Below, one piece after another: positions 50,301 through 62,000 of a stretch of 64,000 nucleotides of DNA; positions within the stretch are counted from its first letter, which is position 1, and the number at the start of each line of letters is the position of its first letter. The notes beneath the pieces are model-generated. The model ran no database searches. It worked only from the letters and a program-made list of their open reading frames with translations, and was not told the DNA's origin. Source of the stretch: Cycas panzhihuaensis. Taxonomy: Eukaryota > Plantae > Cycadophyta. The translations under genes were made by a program, and so were the position numbers. The DNA lies in contig CM041465.1 of assembly GCA_023213395.1 (NCBI GenBank), positions 159,471,741-159,535,740 of the forward strand, read 5' to 3'.

Positions 50301-51569
50301 ACATAATAGACCCTTTCTTATTTGTATCCAAAGTTTGAAATAATTGTTCTTTATGGGTCATGTGGGTGGAACAACCATAATCAATGTACCAACTATCATC
50401 CTCTTCTTCCTGGTTTGAAAAACTAGATAGAAATAACCTATTGTTGATTTTAGATTCTGATGTATTTGACACATGTCCTCTAGAGGGTGGTCCATGTTTT
50501 GAAAAACACTTATCTTCAGTGTGACCATTTCTATGACAATAAGTGCAATATAGTTGATTTCTTTTGCCATAACTAAGATTTTGATTCCTTGGTGGAGAGT
50601 GATCAAAGTTGAGAGGTCTCCCCCTTTCCTCATAGAATTGAGTATGATTATTTCTTGGTTGTTCACGATAGTTTTGAGGTGTTCTAGAAGGTTGTGGGTT
50701 CCCATGACAATGTGGACAACAAGAATGATTATCAACTTGTGTTCGTTGGTTAGGGTTTCTTTGAGTGTTCGAATGTCTTGGAGAATTTTCATGTTGTGGG
50801 GGTCGTCCTTGTCTATTATGAGGAGCTTGGTATCGTGGAGGATTTTGTCTAGGTTTATTTCTAGGGTTTTCATCTTTTCTCCTTAAAGGAGATTCATTTT
50901 ATTTTGAGGTGCCATCTTGAGAGTTAGGTTGAATGTTGGCCTTTGTAGCAAAGGCATGTTCTAAAGTTTCATTAGCAGCTTGTTGTTCTTCTATGGACAT
51001 GAGCATAGCAGTAAGTTGTTCTATTTTGAGGGTACTTAGGTCCTTAGATACACTAATACTAGTAGCTACCATTTCAAAGCGTCTAACGGCTCCTACACAT
51101 CGAAGGATCCGTTCAACTACTCTTTGTTCGGTTAAGGTATCCCCAAGGGACCTCATTTGGTTAACTATATCTTGAATCTTGGTCATAAATTCGCTTATTG
51201 ATTCATGAGGCATCATACGTAAATTTTGAACTTACTTCTTAAGTTTTGTAGTTTAGAGGACGCCCTTCAGATATATAAGCGTAAAGTATCCCAAGCCTCT
51301 TTGGACTTAATGGATTCACTAACTCGTGGGAAAACATGATCTTCCAAAGCGTAAAAAATAAGGGCTAAGGCTTCAATATCTTTTTTGATATTTTCTTTGT
51401 ATGTAGCTTTTTCAGTATCAGTTGGATTTGATCCTAAATCATTGTAACCATTTCTCACTATATCCCACATTTCATTTGCTATGAGGATGGGCCTCATCCT
51501 CCTACTCCAATTAAGAAAAATATTTCCATCAAATTTAGGAATAATCATATTCCCAAAACTAGACGTCAT
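47350..51569 (-). pseudogene. gag-pol: Copia gag-pol (gag, CCHC, protease, GAG-pre-integrase, integrase, RT, RNase H), frameshifted
   Basis: IPKFDG; CTYCHRNGHTEDKC; WYIDYGCSTHM; LWHQRFGH; LRSDNGGEF; PQQNGVVERKNR; [11 protein letters not shown]; LYGLKQAPRAW; LYVDDL; DRKST; QTADIFTK. Confidence 0.96.
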
Positions 51570-54500
51570 TTTAAATTAAAGTTGTATAAAATGTGGTAAA
51601 TGCAATAGCAAAATATTTGAATGTAGAAAATTTGAAAGAACTTAAATAAAAGAAATTATTTCCAAATATATATATCCCAAGGTTTTCAAAAGTTTGAACA
51701 AATGAACTAGGACCTAGAAAGGCTACTAGGCTCTAAGTTTATGTTTCTCTGGGCAACCTTCTGCTATTCATCAATGGCGCCCCACGATGGCAAAATATGG
51801 ACCCTTTATACTGCAGACGAGCGCAGGCTCTATATACCTCAAGTGGGTCGCTAAGAAGGCTTTGACGCCTCGAATTGTTGGTCCACTGCGGATTTATGCC
51901 TAACAGCGGATCTAGCGGTGAAGGTTCTCGAACCAAAGGCACTCACCCTCTCCAGGTCTAGCCTTGGTCTCCAAACACCATAAAATGAAAAGGTTACGCC
52001 TCACCGCCACCGTATACACCTGAGAGCTAATGGCTGTCCTCCTCCAATATGAGGAGGCCCATTAGCGTGTGCGAGGTGGTAACTTTAGGGGTCCTAACCG
52101 TTCCCCTTGCAAGGCTGGAAAAAGTGTGGTTCAATTCAGAATTCTCTTATTTAATGTGGAAACTAATCTATTTAGCAATGTGGTCTTGCTTAGAAAAAAG
52201 AAAAATTCTTTTGATAATAGAAAAAAAATGCTCTAAGCAAGATGAAATGAAAACTTTTACAAAAAACTCTTTTGCTTTTTTTTCAAAAAAAACATATAAT
52301 GCCCTTTAAACAAATGTAATATGCCTTTGAAAAGAAATGCAATTTTTCTTTTATAAGTGCAAGAAAGATGATATTTTTCAACAACTTTGATACACTTTTT
52401 AAAGTAAAACGATCAATAAGAAAGTAATGATGCTTAAAACTTTTTACTTATGTAATATTTGAAATAAACTTTTGAGAATAAATAGTTTTCAAACAGATGC
52501 CAATTTCTCAAATGAGTAATAAATCTTCAATGTAAAAAAAATCCTTTTTATATAAGAACAACTTTTATATATTACCTTATAAACAAATGATTATTCAAAA
52601 TAATGTAAAGTGCTTGTAGAAAGATCAAGCAGAAACTTGAGTAAACAAGGAAATATGAACTAGAATTTTCTTTACAATTTTTGAAAGAAGACAAGCTTGT
52701 TAGGATGTATATATATACTCAACTTTAACAGATTGAAAACTATATTGAATGAGGTTAGAATAGCTTAAAATTTTATCAATATGTAGATTGCTGAGATGTG
52801 AATCCAATAAAATAGACGGTTTTAAAAATGGATACCAATAAATCACGTTTTGAATAATGCAAAGATATGAACCTCCTTGTGGAGCCTAACAGGAGCAGGG
52901 TAGGCAAAAATTGCATAAAATGACAAATTAACCTTTAGAAAAGTTGAACAAATGATCAAGTATTATTTAAGAAGTAATAAATAATTTTTCAATTTGAAAA
53001 TTTTGAAAAATATATTAAACAGGAGATGTAAAATAGTAGATTTAGGCCAATAGGATACCTCAAATTTAGCTGATTTGAAATATAAGAAAAATGTGTCAAA
53101 ATATATGGAAAAATATATCACAATAAAGGGAAATGAGTCAGCTTCCCAACGAAGTTGACGGAAATGAAATCTGATAAAAATTACAAAAGTTATAGTGAAA
53201 AATGTAACAAGTGTCTTTATGGAAAATGTTCAAGAAACAGGCAAAAATAACTAAATTTCTTATTTTAGCGATTAAAATATTAGTGAAAATGAACTCAAAG
53301 AATTGAAATAAAAAATGGGTATTAGATTCTATACAACTTAGATTTCAATAGAGAAAATTTGGGCACAAAATAATTTATCAGAAATAAATGATGGCCAGTT
53401 CTAAAACTGATTTTATTAGAAATGCAAAAAACGCTAAAATTTCAAAAGTCCAATGTTAAAAAGGTCGAAACAAGGTCAAATGGGCACCAAATTGGTCTTA
53501 TGACCAGTCAAAATCGGTGTACGGAAAATTTCTGATCTATTGGCATAGGTTTCGTCTGAAACTGATGAGCCAGCGAAAAGTTATGGCCACAAAAGCGCCA
53601 ATAACCCTATGAAAAAATAAAATTTTTAAAAAATAAGGTTTAAAATTGAAAAACACTTATTAAAAAGTGTCGAAGATGGATCTACTGGGATTGAACCCAA
53701 GACCAGCCAGATAACGAAACCTCCGATGCTGTGGAGGGTGAACTCGCTAAATCGGGAACAAAAGGACAAAAAAATTAGAAGAGTCCACACTCGAATCTCA
53801 AGAGATTATTTAATTAACTTCATAAAAGCCAAAACACAATAATGACTTAGCAATGAAAGCCAACAATAAACCATAAATCAATCCAATGGAAATATCACAG
53901 CCGGTAAAGAGGCGATTGTGATTTAAAATAGAAAGGGCGATTGCGATTTAAAATGCAATAGAAAGGCGATTTTAGAAAGTCAAGCCAGAATATATAATGA
54001 ATGGCGATTCAATGAACGCTCATAAATATTAATAAATGCTCATAAATATTAATGAAGCACGGAACGACTAAACAACCGAGATGGAAAGAGGCGACAAAAG
54101 GCGATTTCAACAACCGAATATAGCATACGGTTCACGCTAACAATTAAAGACTGCGATAATAGATAATAAGAGGATTGGCGATTTAATGAGGTGACAAAGA
54201 ACCGAATATAGCATACGGTTCACGCTAACAGAACAAAAGGCCTAGCTGCAAGCACAACAACACAGACAGAGGCGAGCCGAGATGGGGGGCGTGAGATGGG
54301 GAAGAAGCGTCTGACGAGCCGCAATGCGTCTGAGCAGACGCCTTGAGGCGAGATGGGCAGCGTAGGCGAATGGAGAAGCAGAGGCGAGGCGATATGGGTA
54401 GCTGACGCAAAAGCGAGGTGTACAGTAGAATGCACGCAGGCGTTTCTCAGGGCTACGCTTTAAGATCACAGTGCAAGGCGATCTTAAGTGAAGAGTAGAT

Positions 54501-54924
54501 GCAAAGACTAAACGGAAATAAGCATGCAGCCTGAGAGGGCAGATAGGCGGAGTAGGTATGAAACACGGGCCAATAATAACGCAAAGAACTAATGGCAAAC
54601 AGAGAAGAACAAAGAATATATAATGATAAATATAAATAATCGAGGACAAATTGATGAAGATCAAAGTACAAAGTAAAAGCATATATCAAAACATTTATTT
54701 ATTTATATGTTTGAAAAAATAAAAAAAATGAAACGAAGAACCTGGTTTCCGTATGGAGAGCAAACTTCTGAGCGGGAGAACTTCCTCCACAGTGGATGGA
54801 ATCCAGATCCGTCTTCTCCAGCAGATAGGTGAGCTCGCCAGAATCTCAACGAGCAGTCATATAGATATGTTTCGCCAGACGATTGAGCAACTAAAACCAG
54901 AAAATAGACAATGGTGTCACCATG

Positions 54925-54936
54925 GCTCTGATACCA
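54925..54936 (-). promoter_or_regulatory. Primer-binding site (tRNA-iMet)
   Basis: Perfect GCTCTGATACCA 2 nt from the LTR. Confidence 0.96.
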
Positions 54937-56043
54937 AATGATGGAGCCGGAGGAGCAGAGCAGGACATCACGACGTTCTCATCTTGAGTACAACGACAAT
55001 TTCCAATAGAGTGGCGGTGTTAATAAACACCAGGGAGGTATTCCCAACCCTTAAATAGAGAATTCGGGGAGGCGTCGGGCGCCATCACCCTAGCTGCATA
55101 ACAATTAAGGTTAGTTTGAAAAAATATTAAAAATAAATAACTGTGATACGTACCTCACATGAGTGGTCGGTCCGAGCGGCTATTGAACAGCTCAAGGTGC
55201 CCTAATGGCCCTCAAAGGTGGCTTTGAGGGGCCCTAAGTGCTCTGGTGCACATACATTGGGATTATTCCCAACAATTTAACTTACACTTTGTAACCATTC
55301 ACAACATGTATATATATTGTCCAACCTATTATACGTATAAAAGTTTGCTCACTCAACTAAGGTTAAAACCTTAGTGGTAAACACTACTAAATTTCTATAT
55401 AGATATATATAATAATAAAAAAACAACTACTTCAAACCATTATTACCTATTAAACTTATGCTCTTAATTACATACTAGATTAAGCCCACTTGTAATTTAT
55501 CTTTTTTATGCCCCATCAAAATCAACTTATATTTGTTAAATAATAATTTTAATAGAATTCGTGCATCTTAATATACCTTAGTATTTCATTAAATCATGGT
55601 ACTAGCATACCTTAGTATTTCATTAAATCATATTTAATTATATATAACTTGTAATAAATAATAATGAAATATGAATTATTCATGAGGTGTTTATAATAAA
55701 TATTAAACATATTAAATTAAGTGTGTACACATCAATATAGCATAATAATGCACATAAGAAAGATATTATCACAAGACACTAGATTTATACATGGAAAATC
55801 CTAGATGGGAAAAACCATAGGAGAAGGGTGGAGCTTAGTTCCTTCCATTAACTCATCTTATATATTTAAATAATGTGTGTATATATTTATAAATCCATCA
55901 TACCATGTATCAATAAATAGTTTTATATTGATGCATCAACCAATAAACTCATGTATGAGAACCTTTTATATAAACCAATGATAACTTGACCACTAATTAA
56001 ATGATACATTGACTTTTATAAAACTTAATATTCTAACACAATG

Positions 56044-58202
56044 TACCTATCATATTCCAAAGAGATATCATAGGATTTTTTAAAGAATATATCAATGATT
56101 TTATTGAAATATATATGGATGATTTTCTAGAATATATTGACACACTTGATAAGGATTTATAAATATTAGAGAAAGTTTTCTCAAGGTATAGGGAAATAAA
56201 TCTTTGTCTCAATAGCAACAAAAATAGATTGATCATTCAAAAGGGAATATTCCTTAGGTATATAGTCTCAAAGTAAGGAATTTAAGTTGATCTAGAGAAG
56301 ATCAAAGTGATTGAATAATTAGAAATACCCTAAAACCTTAAGGATGTTCAAAATTTTCATAGATAAGTAAGTTACTATCACCATTTCATTCAAAATTTTA
56401 ATAAGATTGTCACTCCTCTTTATCAATCTCTATAGAAGAATAATATATTCCAATGCCTTAAGAAGCAGGATATCACATTTGAAATTTTAAAGAAGTAATT
56501 AATAAAATCACTAGTATTATAAGGACTAAATTGGATGAAGTTATTTCATACTTACATTTTTGATACATCTTTAGGAGCAGTGTTGGTGCAAAAATAAGAA
56601 CTCAAGGAATATGTTATTTGCTATTCAAGAAAGACACTTCATGATGATAAACATAATTACATAGTCATAGAGAAAGAATTTTTAGTAGTTGTATTTTTGG
56701 TGAAAATTTTAGGGACTATATTTCTAGCTTTTAGTTCATTATCTATACTAAACATTATATTATTTAATATTTGATGAATAAGGTAACTATATTATCAAAT
56801 AGTTTCTTTTGTTATAGGAGTTTAATATTGAGATTATTGAAAAACTATCTAAGTTGAATGTAGTTATAGACCATTGATCCCAATTGATAAATATTCCAAA
56901 GAAGATGGACCCTATGAAGATAAGTTTCTAAATGAATATTTATTTATGGTAATAACTTATACACCTTAGTTCACAAAAATTATAGACTATGTAGTTATAG
57001 GGGTGATATTTAAGCACATTTTAGCAAAATAAAGAAGAACATTGATAAATTATAGCACTACCTACACCTTGATTAAAGGTAACTTATACAAGGTTAAGTT
57101 TGATAACATACTTTGTAGATGCTTGTGTGTGAATGAGTTCTTTGATATTCTTAAAGTTATGCATAATAAGATATGTGGAGGATATTTTATAGATAAAAGG
57201 ACAATATAGAATATTCTTATAATGGGGAATTTTTGTCTATCAATCCATATTGATTCAAAGAAAACTGTAGTAAGTTGTGACACCAATAAACAAAAAGGGA
57301 AACCAATTAATTCTTCATCCATTCCATTGCACCTAGTCATTTCCCTTGAATCCTTCAAAAAGTAGGATATTATTTTTGTTGGGCTAATCAATCTAGCATC
57401 TTATAAAGGACATAAGTATATACTCATTCTATAGACTATTTGATGAATTAGGCTAAGGTAAAATCCTTTAAAGAATTTAATTCAAAGAACATTACTATAT
57501 TTTTATATGAGAAAATTTTCACAATATATAAATCACTAAGGAAGTTAGTTAACGATAGAGGTGCTCCATTCATAAATTAAGTGATTAAGGATCTCATCCA
57601 AGAATACATTATTAGATAAAAATATTTACCCTATATTACCCTCAAGAAAATGGAAATGTAGAAGTCACTAATAGATACAAGAGTGAATCATCATAAAGAT
57701 AGTTTGACTACATAGGAAGAATTGGGATTGAAGGTTGTTGAAGGTTATTTGGGCTTATAAGATCACTTAAAAGTCAACAATAAGTTGTAACCCATTTGAG
57801 TTGGTCTATAAAGAGCACACAATTATGCCCATTGAATTAAAGATCAAAACATTGAGAATAGTAAGGCAACTATACATGCCACTATTGGAAGATCAATAAT
57901 AATAGATATGTGATATTAATGAGTTGGATAAAATATAAGAAGAGGTAGGCCAAAGAATATTAACCATTTAGGCCTAACAGAGATATTGGCATGATATGTC
58001 TATTCAATAAAAGTAATTTAAAGTAGGAGATTGGGAGCTATTATTTTACTCATTATATAATGGCTTTCTAAGCAAGCCCCAAATCAAATGGTTAGGTCCT
58101 TATGAGATCATTTAAGTATTTGAGAATACAGTAGTAAAGTTACAATATATCAACACTTTGATGTAGTAGTTGTTCACTAATGGATATTGCATAAGGCTCT
58201 AC
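56044..58202 (+). pseudogene. Athila-like gypsy RT(C-terminal)-RNase H-integrase relic (continuation of 43224-45737)
   Basis: EIYMDDF; VDLEKIKVI; NYIVIEKEFLVVV; LVNDRGAPF; YYPQENGNVEVTNR; WLGPYEI; TNGYCIRLY. Confidence 0.85.
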
Positions 58203-58780
58203 AATAATCTAGTTACTAAGGATAAGTTCCCAATATTATAGAACTATAAGTTGATCTATATCTTATATAGTTTTTCCTTCTTAATTTTTATAAGATAACG
58301 ACCAGTAATTTGGATTTATATGTATAAAAATATATTTAAAAAAAAGGAATATATAAATATAAAGAAATTAAAAAATATATATAGAAGATAAGTTCAACAT
58401 ATCTATGGTAGGTGTTATACCTAGTAGATTAGACCTTAAGTAGTATTATTTTCTATTTCTCTTATGAGGTTAAGATAAAATAAGGTCAATTTACCTATAG
58501 GTGCATCTAATAGTAACTAATAAATGAAATTAAGTTGGTATAATATAATCTATATGTTAATATATCTCTCTATAAAAAATAATTTAAATTATTTCTATCT
58601 TTCATATAGAAAATGTTATGCAAGTTTAACCTTTATTATATAAGAATGTAACTTATACAATATTAAAATTAGTAATACATAAAAACAAATTTCTAAAAAC
58701 TATCAATAATAAAATGATGACCCAATAAATTTAAGATGAATTTAATTAAAATTAGAATTCTTCAAACTCTAGTCCCTTTA

Positions 58781-58810
58781 GGGTTTGGGGGGTGGGGGAT
58801 GGGGGAAGGG
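58781..58810 (+). other. G-quadruplex-forming motif
   Basis: GGG TTT GGGGGG T GGGGG AT GGGGG AA GGG. Confidence 0.7.
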
Positions 58811-59013
58811 TTCTAAAAGTTTTAGTTGGCTATGGTGTAGCACTAACCATGTTGAAGCTAAGTAATTAACATTGATGATGATTTGGATGAGTTACCACTT
58901 GATTTGACACTTGAACATGTTTGGTCCTATGGGTAAGACTTTATTTTTTTAACCTAAGGAAAGAAACTAACCTTAGAGAAAAGGAATAAAGATTTACTAC
59001 TTAAAGAAACATT

Positions 59014-62000
59014 TGAAGAGAAAATATAATCATAGAAATAATGCGATAACAGAACTCTAAACCATGAAGAGAACAAATAACATAAACAAATCAAACACTC
59101 AACAAATAACACTAGGAGATTCATGTCTAAGCATAGACCTTTTATTAATTTGAGCAATAGCTAAAGAATTACAGAGATGAATAAACCCCAACTTTTCACA
59201 TCAACTCATCCACGACCATCTCATGTTATATGTGTTGTTACATAAGAATATATAGACACAACATTATAAGATACCACCTTGTGGTTTTACATTATAATGG
59301 GCATAAACCATAGGTCAATAAAAGACCTCCATAAGACACCCAAAAAATTTTCATAGGGGCTCTCGCCCTCGAACCTCCACTTAGAGGGCTGCTGGCCCCC
59401 CAGACCCCCCAATCAGGGGCCCTACAATAGGCCCTTGGACACCAACAAAGGGGCTCAGGTGTAACGCCTATACCTATGTAACACTTGAAAAGTGTTCAAC
59501 ATATCTAACAATCTCCCACTTGTTGAACACTTTACAAGAAAACTCGTATACACAACTATTGAATGCCAAAATCACAAACACCCATTACAATTCTATACCA
59601 TCTGAATTTCTCTGTGCTAATAATCTTAATCAATAAGTCTATAGCATTCTCTTGTGTAGCAATCTTATATAAATGCACCTTGTGATCTTAAACTATTTCC
59701 CTAAAAAAATATAACTGCACATCAATATGCTTCAACTAAGCATAAAAAATAAGATTCTTTACTAGGTAGATTGTACTTTGACTATCGCAATCTATCCTTA
59801 TAGCATCCTACTTAAATCTAATATCTATGCATAATCTTTATAACCAAACTACTTCCTTGAATGTATGAGTATCTACCATATACTCTACTTCTGTACAATA
59901 AAGTGCCACAACTTGTTGTCTTTTACTCATCCAACTAATTGTGCCACCATAAAGGGTAAAAGCATACCCACTTGTAGATCTTTTGCTGTCAAGATCTCTA
60001 GCCTAATTATCATCAATAAAACCTCTTATGTTCACTGCTCTACACTTCATGGGATCTCCTTGATAGAAAATTCCATAGTCTGATGTACCTCATAGACACC
60101 TGAAAATCTTTTTCATAGCCACCTAATACTCCCTGCATGGGTTTGACATATACTTTCTAACTACTCCCACTACATGAAAAATATCTAGTCGCGTACAAAC
60201 CATTGCATACATCAAGCTACTAATAACACTAGCATAAAAGACAAATTCCATAGTTTCAACTTCTTAGTAAGTCTTTGGGCATTATTTAGTTGATAATTTT
60301 AAACCAATAGGAAGAGGAATATTAATTAGTTTACTATCCTGCAACCTGAACTGTTGTAATATTGTCTTACTATACTATCTTTGGCTAAGCTAAATCTTCC
60401 TATTTCTCCTATCCTTTTTAATCTCAATGCCCAAAATAAAATGTTCAATACCAAGGTGCTTCATCTCAAAGTGAGATGCCAGTTAGTCTTTCACAAGTTA
60501 GTTCATTCCTTTATTGTTATCAACTAAAAGTATGTCATCAACATATAAAGCCAAAATAACAAAATGATCACCAATCTATTTATAATAAATATAATGATCT
60601 ACTTTGCTATGCACAAAGTCATTTGCCAACATATGTAAATCAAACTTTTGATACCACATCATTGATGACTATTTCAAGTCGTATAATGACTTCCTTCAAC
60701 TTATACATCATATTCTCTTTTCTTACAACTTCAAGCCCTTTAGGTTGCAACATATAAATTTCTTCCTCGATATTACCATAAAGAAATGCAATCTTCACAT
60801 CTATTTGATCCACCTCAAGGACATAGGCAACTGCTACATCTAACAAAAATCTAATTGAAGTGACATTTATAATGGGAGAAAATACCTCACCAAAATCTAT
60901 TCCCTTGACCTAAGAATAACCCTTTACTACCGAGCAATTCTTGTACTTTTCTACAATACCATCTACTTGGAACTTCTTCTTAAAGATCCATTTGTTATCA
61001 ATAGGTTTTCTCCCATTAGGTAGATCCACCAAATCCCACATATTATTTTTGTCTAAGGCTATCATTTTTTCTTGTATGGCCTTCATCCAGAGTTGACTCT
61101 CTTTTAACTCAAGAGCCTCTCAAATAGTACCTAGATCACCATTTGTAGTAGATAAAACAAAAGAGAAGCGAAAAATATTTTCAAGAATATACCTATTAGG
61201 ATGTCTTCTCTCATGAGTTGATCTCCTCAAGATGGGGGGTTCTTGAGGTTGAGCTACCTCTATGGCTGGTTCTTCCTCTTCAGTTGACTCATATTTTGAT
61301 GCAAAATCTTCATCCCTTATTTTAAATTATACCTTCTTACAATATTCCTCCTTTGGTTCTTCATCCTACTTTAGAGATTTGAACTCCTCTCTAAAGATAA
61401 CACCACGACTATACATAAACTTTTTTGTTATAAATCTTATACCCTTTAAAACCATCACCATATCCAATGGAAATAGTCTTTTGTACTTTGAAATCAAGCT
61501 TATTCCTTTGTTATTTAGGAACATGCACAAAAGTTTCACAACCAAACACTCTAAGGTGACCAAGAGATGGTTTCTTACCTAACCACACCTCTTTAGGTGT
61601 TTTGTATACTAAGGTAGTTATCAATGATTTGTTTTTTAGGTAGCTTATAGTCATCATAGCCTCTGCCTAGAATTTCTTCTCTGATCCAGTAGTACTAAGC
61701 ATACTCCTTGATCTCTCTTATAAGGTCCTATTCATCCTTTCAGTAACTTCGTTTTACTGTGGCATATAGGGAATTGTATTTTGCCTTGCTATCCCATACT
61801 TCTTATAAAATTACTAAAACTCCTTTAAGTAAAACTCTCATCTATTATCCATCCTCAATACCTTGATCTTCCTATCATCCTAATTCTCAACCAAGGCCTT
61901 AAATTCTTTGAATTTACTGAAGACTTCAGATTTTTGCTTAAGAAAGTACAACCATGTCTTTCTCGAGAAATCATCTATAAATGAGACAAAGTATTTAGAC

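Larger units (their letters stand above)
47006..55274 (-). mobile_element. Near-intact Ty1/copia (Ivana-like enzymes) with a 3.3 kb 5' leader
   Basis: LTRs 54939-55274 (5') and 47006-47338 (3'), perfect TSD ATTTA, PBS 54925-54936, PPT 47339-47349. Confidence 0.97.
45738..56038 (-). mobile_element. Non-autonomous LTR element inserted in the Athila-like RT and itself split by a copia
   Basis: Direct repeats 45738-46276 and ~55534-56038 (minus-strand start TGTT(G/A)GAATATTAAG), TSD CAATG (45733-45737 and 56039-56043); host frame LCN|VPIIFQR is restored; no clear PBS. Confidence 0.8.

Noticed and set aside
53562-53578. Hammerhead-like core CTGATGA-GCCAGC-GAAA
   Set aside because: No stem I and stem III with a correctly placed NUH site in type I or type III topology; it is antisense to the element and overlaps the AAAAGTTAT leader motif.
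53677-53704. tRNA T-arm/B-box-like GGTCTTGGGTTCAATCCCAG on the minus strand
   Set aside because: No acceptor stem partner, D-arm/A-box or anticodon arm; no SINE tail or TSD.
54112-54230. CRISPR-like 31 bp palindromic repeat pair
   Set aside because: Only two copies, inside a eukaryotic retrotransposon leader, with no cas genes.
54220-54689. Hydrophobic 146 aa ORF upstream of copia gag (env-like or extra ORF?)
   Set aside because: Its composition follows the U/C-rich leader, several frames are open, and there is no recognisable motif.
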